Source of the DNA: Octopus vulgaris
Taxonomy: Eukaryota
Direction: 5' to 3'
Assembly (NCBI GenBank): GCA_951406725.2
Contig: OX597834.1
Coordinates: 11,718,001 to 11,782,000 of the forward strand
DNA: 64,000 nt
In this document: positions 53,017 through 64,000 of the stretch, piece by piece
Numbering within the stretch: position 1 is the stretch's first letter
Layout: every line of letters begins with the position of its first letter
The notes under the pieces: generated by a model
The model's input: only the letters and a program-made list of their open reading frames with translations
The model's database searches: none
What the model was told of the DNA's origin: nothing
Position numbers and translations under genes: made by a program

Positions 53017-53440
53017 GTTAAGTTAAGTTAAGTTAAGTTAATTTTTTGGCTCAAAAAGCAAAAAGCAAGGCCATGTAGGGGGACATGGAGTTATGTACAG
53101 GGAGGGTGTTCATGTAAAGAGTTCAGGCCTTTTCTGGTCAAGAGAGACTTTGAACCGAGCGGTCGTCGGCATCTTCACTATCTCGTCCGGCAGCTTATTC
53201 CACGGATTCGCAAGCCGGACGGAGAAAGCCCCCTCTCCTTCGATTGAGATGAAATCGTCGCAGATAGAGCTTTTCGGAGTGACCCCGCAGCCGACGCTCT
53301 GGAGCAGGAGTGAAGAACAGCTCTTTCGAGAGGTTACACTTTCCGCTAATGATGTTGTGAGCAAGAATGAGATCACCACGGTGTCGTCATCGTTTTTCTA
53401 GAGAATAAAAGTCAAGCGTCTTCAGCCTTTCTTCATAAGA
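53017..53440 (-). mobile_element. CR1-clade LINE 3' end with (AACTT)n tail
   Basis: SYEERLKTLDFYSLEKR*RHRGDLI...LRGHSEKL...AFSVRLANPWNKLP. Confidence 0.85.
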
Positions 53441-53977
53441 CGTATTCGGAAAAGGAACACTTAACAGTCATAGGTAAGTTGGAGAATGATTGAATTATGA
53501 GTAATAGAGATGATTGACAGTTCAATATAGAATGCATAAGTTTGAGTTGATTGACGACTCTGGAACTTTTTGTAGCAGGTATTCTAATGGTTCTAAGTCG
53601 TCCTTCATTAATCATATAGTTCGTTTGGGTTTAATCTTCTTCGCGCATTACTCGGTTTATGATATTTTTTGTTGGATACCTTTTACCACGATAAGATATT
53701 GAATGATGATCTTTCATTGACATTCAAGTTCTACTAGGGATAATTCTTGTTTGGGGGCTTCTAGTTTATGGATATTGTTTTGCGTGTATAAGCAAAATTC
53801 AAAGAAACGAAACTGTTTTAAGCTTGATAGATGACACATACATACGTAAAATGTTCACAAGAAAATGAAGGAAGCGAAACCTATTTGTTTCTAATACTTA
53901 AGAATGTTGAAATATTCTGCCCCAAATCGAAGTAAGAAAGAGGGGCACAAAGGAGATTCACCGCTAGAAAGAGCAGC

Positions 53978-54397
53978 TCTTTTATTCTTTTGCTCTTTTA
54001 CTTGTTTCAGTCATTTGACTGCGGCCATGCTGGAGCACCGCCTTTAGTCGATCAAATCGACCCCAGGACTTATTCTTTATAAGCCCAGTAATTATTCTAT
54101 GGGTCTATTGTGTCGAACCGCTAAGTAACGTGGACGTAAACACACCAGCATCGGTTGTCAAGCGATTTTGCGGGAATAAACAGACACACATACATACATA
54201 CACACACACACACACATATATATATATATGCATATATACGACGGGCGGCTTCTTTCAGTTTCCGTCAACCAAATTCACTCACAAGGCTTTGGTCGGCCCA
54301 AGGTTATAGTAGAAGACACTTGCCGAAGGTGCCACGCAGTGGGACTGAACCCGGATCCATGTGGTTGATAAGCAAGCCACTTACCACACAGCCACTC
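53978..54397 (-). mobile_element. SINE family A
   Basis: Match to family A. Confidence 0.85.
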
Positions 54398-55153
54398 GTT
54401 TATTTTCAATTCAAAACCGTTATTTATTGACAATGGAATAACATACTGAATTGCAATATTTTGATAGTTCAATGTATTGAAACCGGTATAGTATTTTCAC
54501 GGCTAGAAAACTGTTAATCATAGGGGATTCTCGGTTAGGTCTCCTCTTGTGTCAAAACAGAAAAAAAAAGAAACAACATAATTTAGATATGAAGATTAAA
54601 TAAACTAACACATAGCAACAATTGAAACATCAATTCGTTGACATTCTTTCGCAATTTGCAAGGGCGATCTGTAAATAAATAACATACTAGGAAGCACTAA
54701 ATCACGTTTAAACAACAGCATTTGTTTTCCATCAACGATAAAGAGTTAATCGGTGAAAACGTTGGTTCTTATCTTGAATATTTTTCAAACAAAATATTAA
54801 CTAAAAATAAAAAAAAGGAAAAAGTGAGAAATAACTAAATAAAACACCATAAACAGTGCGGGAACAAGTAAAACACGACCTAACCCATTTGTAACTCCAC
54901 CGTTACCACCACCACCACCACCAGTGAGAAGTAACGAAAGAAATGCAAATCGATAATCTGTGTTATACCTCTGTGTTATCTTCAACATCATTGATCATTC
55001 AACAATAGGAAAAATATATTTCTGTTTATTTTGCCGAAAATATAGATTATTTTTGTTTCAAAACGAACGCTACCATTAGGTAAATTCCATTGTTTTAGTT
55101 TGGTTGCAAGATGTAACATTAATGAATCACAGAAAGAAGGAGTAGGAGAAGAA

Positions 55154-55193
<40 letters not shown>

Positions 55194-55682
55194 GAGAAGA
55201 AGAAGAAGAAGGAAATACTTTTTAGAAATGCAATAACTTATGATAAAAATAACGATTTCTAAAATAAGCACAAATCATTTAGTACAACATTCTAAGTTTT
55301 TTCTTTTTTTTTTTGTTCCCCAAATCAACATTGAACAGCCCCAGCAGTAATAATAATAATAATAATAATAATAAAAATAATAATAATAATAATGATCATA
55401 ATGATAATAATAATAATAATAATGATAATAACAATAATGATAATAATAATAGTAATGATAATAATAATAATAATAATAATTATTATTATAATAATAATGA
55501 TAATAATGGTGCTGATTTCAAATTTGTGCCACGAGGGCAGCATGGAGGATGGGGGTAAGCCGATTGCATTGAGCCCAGCATTTCACTGGTACTTTATTTA
55601 TCAACCGCGACAGGATGAAAGGCAAAGTCGATCTCGGGGGAATTCGAATAAAATAATAATAATAATCATAATAATAATAATA

Positions 55683-56050
55683 AATGCCCTGATGCAGTAC
55701 CAGACAGTGGCTCTCATGGATTCTGATCTTAAATGGAAGTGTTATCCTGTACATTGTTTTGTCTTTGTATAAAAGATGGGCTACAGTAAATATTCTTGTC
55801 AGTTGTTTGACCGTAAGTTGCTTGTCAGTTGTTTGACCGTAACCAGTTGACCATGTCCGTTAGAGGCCGACGATATGTGCATCTCTCATCACGAGCAGAA
55901 GTGGGGAGCATCATTGCCTTGTGTTGAGAGGAATTCTTTGGGATTTGAATAATTCCGCCTTGGACGGACTACTCAACCTAAAGAAAATTCTAACCAGTTA
56001 GAATTTTCCACATGCATGGTCATGTGCTGTTTATCCTGATATAAGATCTT
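55683..56050 (+). mobile_element. Family F (TAA)n-associated repeat, 5' part
   Basis: Begins right after (TAA)n with aatgccctgatgcagtacc and overlaps the 48705 copy in sequence. Confidence 0.55.
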
Positions 56051-56477
56051 CGACAGCTGGAGAAGATATTCTCATGTGGCTACAAGCTACAGTAACATCC
56101 ACCCTTAGTGGTTAGCCACAATTAGATGGCAAATATACTTCACAATTAGTATATAGTTTACTGAGTAAAATCATAAGTGAATACTGTGGACAAATTGAAC
56201 AATTAGCACTGTATTGCACTGTAGGCGCCATTTTATATTTGTATGAATTCTATATAATTTAGAAATACTGTCTGTTTATTCACGTACACACAGAAATGTT
56301 TGGGAAATATAATTGGGTACAGTGTTATTCACGAGTTTCTGAAAACAGTTCTTCATAAGAGTTATAAAAGCGAATGATAACAGCAGGTAGCAGCAACACA
56401 GACGCCGCTAAAACGGTTGACACCACAGCATATCTGAACAACTCAGACATAATAATAATAATAATAATGATAATAAT

Positions 56478-57560
56478 TGGTACATCAAGCAGCAGTGGTA
56501 ATCCTTGCTTGCGGCTGTTAGAGTTATTAATACAATGCTTGCCGAAAATGTGACGCGCCCACAAACATTTAAGAAACAAGATGAAGAAGAAAGGGTAAAT
56601 AACAGGAAAATGAAACCATTGCATGGCCAATACCTCAGAGAAATCGACATAAAATACAAGTTCAACACTTACTCTTACTCTTTTACTTGTTTCAGTCATT
56701 TGACTGCGGCCATGCTGGATCACCGCCTTTAGTCGAGCAAATCGACCCCGGGACTTATTCTTTGTAAGCTCAGTACTTATTCTATCGGTCTCTTTTACCG
56801 AACCGCTAAGTGACGGGGACGTAAACACACCAGCATCGGTTGTCAAGCAATGCTAGAGGGACAAACACAGACACACAAACACACACATACATACATATAT
56901 ACGACAGGCTTCTTACAGTTTCCGTCTACCAAATCCACTCACAAGGCATTGGTCGGCCCGAGGCTATAGCAGAAGACACTTGCCCAAGATGTCACGCAGT
57001 GGGACTGAACCCGGAACCATGTGGTTGGTAGGCAAGCTACTTACCACACAGCCACTCCTGCGCCTTGGATATAGCTGAGAAAAATTGTTCTGAACGGATG
57101 CACTGAGGCATTCATATGCAGCACCCAGGAACAGGCTCTGAGAACAAATTACACCAACCAAATTCCAAATAGATAAAAGCAGCGAAACGTCCCTTTCTAG
57201 GATGTGTGGCAGCAAAAATCTCATACACTGTGAGTGAGTTAGAAGGCTGGCCCAAGTGCACTACAAAATGAGGAACGATAACAAGTCTAATTGCTACATC
57301 AAGCCGTAGAGGGAACAACCGTTTTTCAGAGACATTTTGAGCGGGATGCCTACACGACCTGAAGAAAATTCTAACTGCGCCCCATATGCACGGTCATGCG
57401 CTGTTTAACTTGATATGATATCACCAGGTCGCCCACATGTGATTGAGATACATCTGCCTGGTGTACCTTTATCAGACGGGCAGTGATGATGGTTGTACTG
57501 GGCTTCGTACATGTTATCCCAGTGTCACTTTGATTGCATGCACCGCTCTTTCACTCAATA
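56478..57560 (+). mobile_element. R4/Dong-like non-LTR retrotransposon relic, interrupted by SINE A (56669-57064, -) and followed by the family F end
   Basis: KPLHGQYLREID lies before the SINE and TEAFICSTQEQALRTNY...RMCG...LAQVHYK after it. Both flanks are (TAA)n. Confidence 0.75.
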
Positions 57561-57678
57561 ATAATAAAAATAAAAATAATAATAATAACAACAATAATAA
57601 TAGTAATAATAACGATAGTAATACTAATAATAATAGTAATAATAACGATAGTAATAATAATAATAAAAATAAAAATAA

Positions 57679-57709
<31 letters not shown>

Positions 57710-58299
57710 AAAAATAATAATAATAATAAAAATAAAAATAATAATAAGAAGAAGAAATAATAATATTAATAATAATAATAATAAAAATAATAGTAATCCA
57801 TTTCTACGAATGGCAAAATGTCGATGATGACGAAGACTACGATGACGGCGGCAATACTGATTAGAATAAGGAAGATGATGTTGGTGCTGATGTAACAGAA
57901 GGAGATGGATGGCAACAATGAATGCGAGGATAGCGGTGACGACGACTGTTATTAAATATTAATATATCCACATACAAAACCCCAAGAATTACAACTTCAA
58001 CGACACCAACTGCAACTGCAACAACAACGACAAAATCAAGAGAAGCAACAGCAGCAAGAATTAACTCTTATCCTCCGCGCCCCAGGAGAACAAAAGAATA
58101 ATTGAAACAAGTTCGTCACATGACACAAGATATTTTTCTATGAAACTTGTATGGATTTAGCGCAAATTGCTATCAATATAACGATTGAAAAAAGAAAAGA
58201 AAAGAATAGGACGAAGTGGAAACAGAAGAAATAGGAAAAATAATAAATTACGAATTGAAAGAAAAGAAAGAATTAGGAAAGAGAAATATTTTTAAAAAC

Positions 58300-58305
58300 T
58301 ATATA

Positions 58306-58357
<52 letters not shown>

Positions 58358-58564
58358 CTTGTGTGTGTATATATATACATACATATATATATAATATTTA
58401 TATATATATATATATACGTGTGTTTGTTTGTGTGTATATATATATATACATATATATATAATATTTATATATATATATATATACGTGTGTTTGTGTGTAT
58501 ATATATATATACATATATATATAATATTTATATATATATATATATACGTGTGTTTGTGTGTGTG

Positions 58565-58627
<63 letters not shown>

Positions 58628-58664
58628 GAATATTTGTATATATATATATATGTGCATGCTCAAT

Positions 58665-58712
<48 letters not shown>

Positions 58713-58809
58713 CGAATATTTGTATATATATATGTGCATGCTCAATTACATACATACATATATATATATATACGAATATTTGTATATATATATGTGCATG
58801 CTCAATTAC

Positions 58810-58844
<35 letters not shown>

Positions 58845-59179
58845 CATACACATATACACATACACACACATATATATATACACATAGATATATACATATA
58901 TATAGACATATACATATATATACACACATACATATATACATATATACATATATATACATATACATATATATACATATGCATATATATACATATACATATA
59001 TATACACATACATATATATATACATATACATATATATACATATACACATACATATATACATACATATATACACATACATATGTACACACATATATACACA
59101 CATATATACATACATATATACACATACATATGAACACACATATATACACATACATATATACACATACATATATACACAT

Positions 59180-59219
<40 letters not shown>

Positions 59220-59220
59220 T
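58300..59220. repeat. Compound (TA)n/(CA)n field with higher-order units
   Basis: For example tacgaatatttg(ta)n tgtgcatgctcaattacatac occurs three times. Confidence 0.9.
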
Positions 59221-59702
59221 ATGTATGTACGTATGTTTTTGCAAGCAAATGATGACGAAGATGATGATGTTGACAATGATAATGATTGTGGTGGTGGTGG
59301 TTATGATGACGACGGTCGCAGTAACGTTATCTTTCATGATGTCATCAAATGGCATTCAGAGATAAAAGAAATATATAAGTAGTAGAAATGTGTACAAATT
59401 CATGTGGAGATGTACTGAAAATCATGACGCAAGGAAATGACGTCGTAAGTTATACTGAGATGCGTTAATGATATTGTTTTTAATTTTCGCTATTGGATAA
59501 AGAAATACAGATATATACATAGTCACACACGAGCACATATATTTATGTACAAGGCGACATACAGAGACATATATACAGACACAGACTGACAGCCACACAC
59601 ACACACACAAAGAAGTTTAGAACAAATGATGAGAAGCTTTAGCAGATTTCAGCCCCGACATCCGAAACTAATTGTCACACACATACACACACACATTATA
59701 TA

Positions 59703-59808
59703 TAAACGTAAAACCCTCCTTCTTTCCTTCTTTCCTGAGCGTCCAATAATACTATATTTGTTCCACGTCCTCGCGTTGTTGTGTTTTTTTGTGCTTTCTT
59801 GTTTGGAT

Positions 59809-59812
<4 letters not shown>
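59703..59812 (+). mobile_element. Family E-related 3' fragment
   Basis: Starts at aaacgtaaaa, contains ttcctgagcgt...aatac, and ends in (TA)n. Confidence 0.45.
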
Positions 59813-59853
<41 letters not shown>

Positions 59854-59857
59854 CTTA

Positions 59858-59901
<44 letters not shown>

Positions 59902-60349
59902 TAAAAAAAAATGTCGCCAGAATTTTGGGAAATATTCTTTTTTATTTATTCATTATTAGCGCTTTCAAATATATTGAAGTTTTGTCAAGATTTCCTGATA
60001 TAATTGGAACTGCACGAAATCGCTTGTGGTATATAGTATCAACATATCTAATATTATTTCCAATTACATACGAAAACTATCAGCTCTTTTATATGATCTC
60101 ATACTTGAGATCAAATTTCCTCTGTTGTTTTTTTTCCTAAATGTTGTCCGACAAAACGTCAGTCCAATACATTATTGACTATAAACCCTAAATGTATAAT
60201 GAACAAGGAAATATGTGAAATCTCCGACTGCTGTAAATGCATATGAAAAGGGCTATAATTACTATGATCATCTTTTGCTTATTACTTTATAAACATAGTA
60301 TAAAGAGCTTTGGCAGCAATTTGGTCGTTATTTGTAGTATCTCTCTTTC

Positions 60350-60562
60350 TCTTTACTCTTTTACTTGTTTCAGTCGTTTGACTGCGGCCATGCTGGAGCA
60401 CCGCCTTTTTTTAGTCGAGCAACTCGACCCCGGGACTTATTCTTTTGTAAGCCCAGTACTTATTCTATCGGTCTCTTTTTGCCGAACCGCTAAGTGACGG
60501 GGACGTAAACACACCAGCATCGGTTGTCAAGCAATGCTAGGGGGACAAACACAGACACACAA

Positions 60563-60599
<37 letters not shown>

Positions 60600-60763
60600 C
60601 GACAGGCTTCTTTCAGTTTCCGTCTACCAAATCCACTCACAAGGCATTGGTCGGCCCGGGGCTATAGCAGAAGACACTTGCCCAAGATGCCACGCAGTAG
60701 GACTGAACCCGGAACCATGTGGTTGGTTAGCAAGCTACTTACCACACAGCCACTCCTGCGCCT
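60350..60763 (-). mobile_element. SINE family A
   Basis: Full-length match. Confidence 0.88.
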
Positions 60764-60805
60764 ATATAGCTACATATTATTGAAAGTTAATGCTTTTGAT
60801 TCTGG

Positions 60806-61401
60806 CAAGGCGGTGAGCTGGCAGAAACGTTAGCGCGCCGGGCGAAATGCTTAGCGGTATTTCGTCTGTCGTTACGTTCTAAGTTCAAACTTCGCCGAGG
60901 ACGACTTTGCCTTTCATCCTTTCCGTGTCGATTAAATAAGTACCATTTACGCACTGCGGTCGAAGTAATTGACTTATTCCGTTTGTCTGTCCTTGTTTGT
61001 CCCCTCTATGTTTAGCCGCTTGTGGGTAATAAAGAAATAGGTATTTCGTCTATCGTTACGTTCTGAGTTCAAATTCCGCCGAGGTCGACCTTGCCTTTCA
61101 TCCTTTCGTGGTTGACAAATAAGATACCAGTTTCACACTGGGGCCGATGTAATCGACTTAATCCGTTTGTCTGTCCTTGTTTGTCCCCTCTATGTTTAGC
61201 CCCTTGTGGGTGATAAAGAAGTAGGTATTTCGTCTATCGTTACGTTCTGAGTTCAAATTCCGCCGAGGTCGACCTTGCCTTTCATCCTTTCGTGGTTGAC
61301 AAATAAAATACCAGTTTCACACTGGGGTCGATGTAATCGACTTAATCCGTTTGTCTGTCCTTGTTTGTCCCCTCTATGTTTAGCCCCTTGTGGGTAGTAA
61401 A
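60806..61401 (+). mobile_element. SINE B trimer (full head plus two 184-bp head-less units)
   Basis: Junctions AAAGAA(A/G)TAGGTATTTCGTC at 61031 and 61215. Confidence 0.88.
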
Positions 61402-62130
61402 GCGAAAATATATTTAGCCGCATTTTGTTCGTCTTTATTTTCTGAGTTCAAATTCCACTAATGTTGACGTTGCATTTCATTCTTTCAAGGTCAGCAAAAT
61501 AAGTAGCAATTGTGCATTGGGAGTCGATTTTGCCAAACTTTGGAACCAGTGTTTCTTATTCTTGTTACTGAAGATCTAGACATTTGCAGTGTATATAAGC
61601 CATCCAGAATTGAAACGACGCAATCTCTAATATCTCTATATAAAAAACATAACAGCAATCTTTAAAATGAAAAACCCCCAACTGATAATATTTAAAAATG
61701 CATAAGCGATCAAAGACATAACATAAAAGGAATGTCTTTAACAGGTTCTAAAAAATGAACCGCGTAGGATAAATTTTAATAACATGAATATGACGGGCAT
61801 TTTTATTGAACTTATTTAGACAATATTACTAATAGACATCTGCATTGTGATTTTGAAATATATGAGACGTATATCAGCATAAAACATGTTATATTTTGGC
61901 GATTGTCATATTGCTGACTGGTTTATTTAATAAAGATGAATCTCAATAATTTCATTATGTGGAACTTATATGTAATAAATGCGTCGCCCTGTGTACGGGA
62001 ATGTTAATATGCATATACGTATATAGAGATTAACATGTGGATACATTTGTATATAATTATATTCGCACAGATATATAGACATGTGCATGCATATATATAT
62101 ATACATACATACAAACACACACACACACAC

Positions 62131-62134
<4 letters not shown>

Positions 62135-62163
<29 letters not shown>

Positions 62164-62295
62164 TGTATGTATGTATGTATGTATGTATGTATGTATGTAT
62201 GTATGTATGTATGTATGTATGTATGTATGTATGTATGTATGTATGTATGTATGTATGTATGTATGTATGTATGTATGTATGTATGTATGTATGTA
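62135..62295. repeat. Perfect (ATGT)n of about 40 units
   Basis: Direct reading. Confidence 0.95.
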
Positions 62296-62914
62296 TAAAG
62301 GCTAGCACACACAGACATACAAACGTACGTATGTATGTATGTATGCATGAGGGGCGTAAAATGAGATGAAGTCTAATATACTTATATTCCTAATATTACA
62401 TATCGTACTATTGTATTTTTTGTTTCATTTTATTGGTATTGAATGCAAATAAAATTTATGCGTAAAAATCTCAAAACAACAAAATTAGGTGAAATACCAA
62501 AGACAAAACAAAAGACGAATATATATTATTTACTATTGATTTCTATTCTAAATTTCTGGAATCTTGTTTAGTATACTAAATTTATATGACAATTTCTAAA
62601 TCTGTCAATTTTATTAATACATTCTCGTGATATCTATTAATTTGAGACGTACATTCACAAAAAAAAAAAGATTTCACATAGAAAACAAAATAAAGACGTC
62701 TGCGTACTGTATGAAAATAATACTGACTCATAAATATGCACACGTACACATACACACTCACACACACACATATATATATATATACATACATATTTTATGT
62801 ATACAATTATATATACAATTATATATATAAATCAAACAATGTATAATTATATATATATGAGTATATATGTATGTCTATATATAATGTACAAATGTATATA
62901 TATATACTTTTCAC

Positions 62915-63203
62915 CCTTTTCAAGCCTAGCCAGGCTCATGGGCCCGGTTTCCCGGTTTCTGTGGCGTATGTGTTCCCCCAGGGTGGAGGGGACGCTCGTT
63001 CATCGCAGTGTTACTCAAGAAACAGGAAGAAAGAGTGAGAGAAAGTTGGGACGACAGAGTAGAACAGGGGTCGCCACCACCCCCTGCTTGAAGCCTCGTG
63101 GTGATTTCGCTCAATAAACACACACAACGCCCGGTCTGGGAATCGAAACCGCGATCATCCGACCGCTAGTCCGCTGCCCTAACCACTAGGCATTGTGCCT
63201 CCA
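62915..63203 (-). mobile_element. Chimeric SINE: family C head and body with V-domain-like tail
   Basis: C-type 5' part to CTTCCTGTTTCT, then GAGTAACACTGCGATGAACGAGCGTCCC...GAAACCGGGCCCATGAGCCTGGC as in the 18672 copy. Confidence 0.75.
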
Positions 63204-63415
63204 TACACACTCACATATATATTTACATAAATATATACAGTCATCCGTAGCCATATCGCGGTTCACCTATCGCGGTTTATTATTTAAGCTTACGTGGATT
63301 CCTCAGTGGAGCTGTTTTGCATATTTAATTAAATAAATATATACATTTATATATACATATACATCTATATATATATATATTTATAGTGGAGGCGCAATGG
63401 CCCAGTGGTTAGGGC

Positions 63416-63464
<49 letters not shown>

Positions 63465-63569
63465 CATGTATATATGTATATACATGTGTACACAATATAT
63501 ATAAACATGTAAGACATGCAAATAATTGCGAACAACATTATAATCTGCGTCTCTCGTATAACAGCAAAG

Positions 63570-63865
63570 TTGACATGACCCCCAGAATGTGTTCCTGGAT
63601 TCTCAGAACATTCCAGTCGAGATATATCTAAACTATTATCCTTCTCTTCTCTATTTTTGTCAGACTCCACCTTGAACACTTTTGTCCAGTGGGGGTCTCC
63701 CAACACGAAACGAAGTATCATGAAAATTGAAGGACCTCAAAGGTCAATTACACAAAGGATAGATGGCATGACCGGCCTTGAAAATCGGGGCAGACTAGAA
63801 AAACTCAAGCTCTATTTTTTCCAACGCTGCTTTGAGCGCCACATCATCTGCATGATGTATACAAC
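63570..63865 (+). mobile_element. CR1/L2-like LINE RT C-terminal relic
   Basis: VRLHLEH...IEGPQRSITQRIDGM...RLEKLKLY..QR..ER motifs. Confidence 0.65.
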
Positions 63866-64000
63866 ATAATATATAATATATTACCATATAAATGGGAGAA
63901 AGAAATTTAAGAAATGTCAAATATTATATTCGAAAACATTCAAAGTGAACTATATATAGAATTTACCATAATAAATATATATTTATTTATTTGATATATA

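Noticed and set aside
54797-54991. Hydrophobic minus-strand ORF as the receptor signal-peptide exon
   Set aside because: No convincing phase-1 donor, and the hydrophobicity comes from A-rich low complexity on the plus strand.
58349-59365. Long ORFs (up to 338 aa) rich in YI, HT and CV, here and at 3927-4707, 24203-25834, 43086-45187 and 62004-62369
   Set aside because: These are translations of (TA)n/(CA)n/(TATG)n microsatellites, which lack stop codons.

Overview
This is AT-rich eukaryotic DNA dense in microsatellites and SINEs. The repeat families look like those of an octopus (coleoid cephalopod) genome; that is recognition from memory, not a database result. Only one host exon is supportable: a 162-bp phase-1/phase-1 exon on the minus strand (22267-22428) encoding the start of the amino-terminal domain of a kainate-type ionotropic glutamate receptor. 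Most or all of the window is therefore probably intronic. Almost every ORF in the supplied track is a microsatellite or SINE artefact. The rest of the window holds three tRNA-derived SINE families (called A, B and C here, many copies, with chimeras), fragments of RTE, CR1 and R4/Dong-like LINEs, a Tc1 transposase relic, two non-autonomous Helitrons and a piggyBac-type MITE. The most unusual signals are: (1) hammerhead-ribozyme motifs in small Penelope/retrozyme-like elements embedded in (TA)n, one with an almost complete type-I fold at 43880-43953; (2) 184-bp head-less concatemers of SINE B with the same self-complementary junction at three loci, one array inside a single TSD; (3) two adjacent long fold-back palindromes, one made of Tc1 transposase sequence; (4) inverted SINE pairs, including one flanking the receptor exon. 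Repeat boundaries were read by eye and are approximate to about 10 bp.
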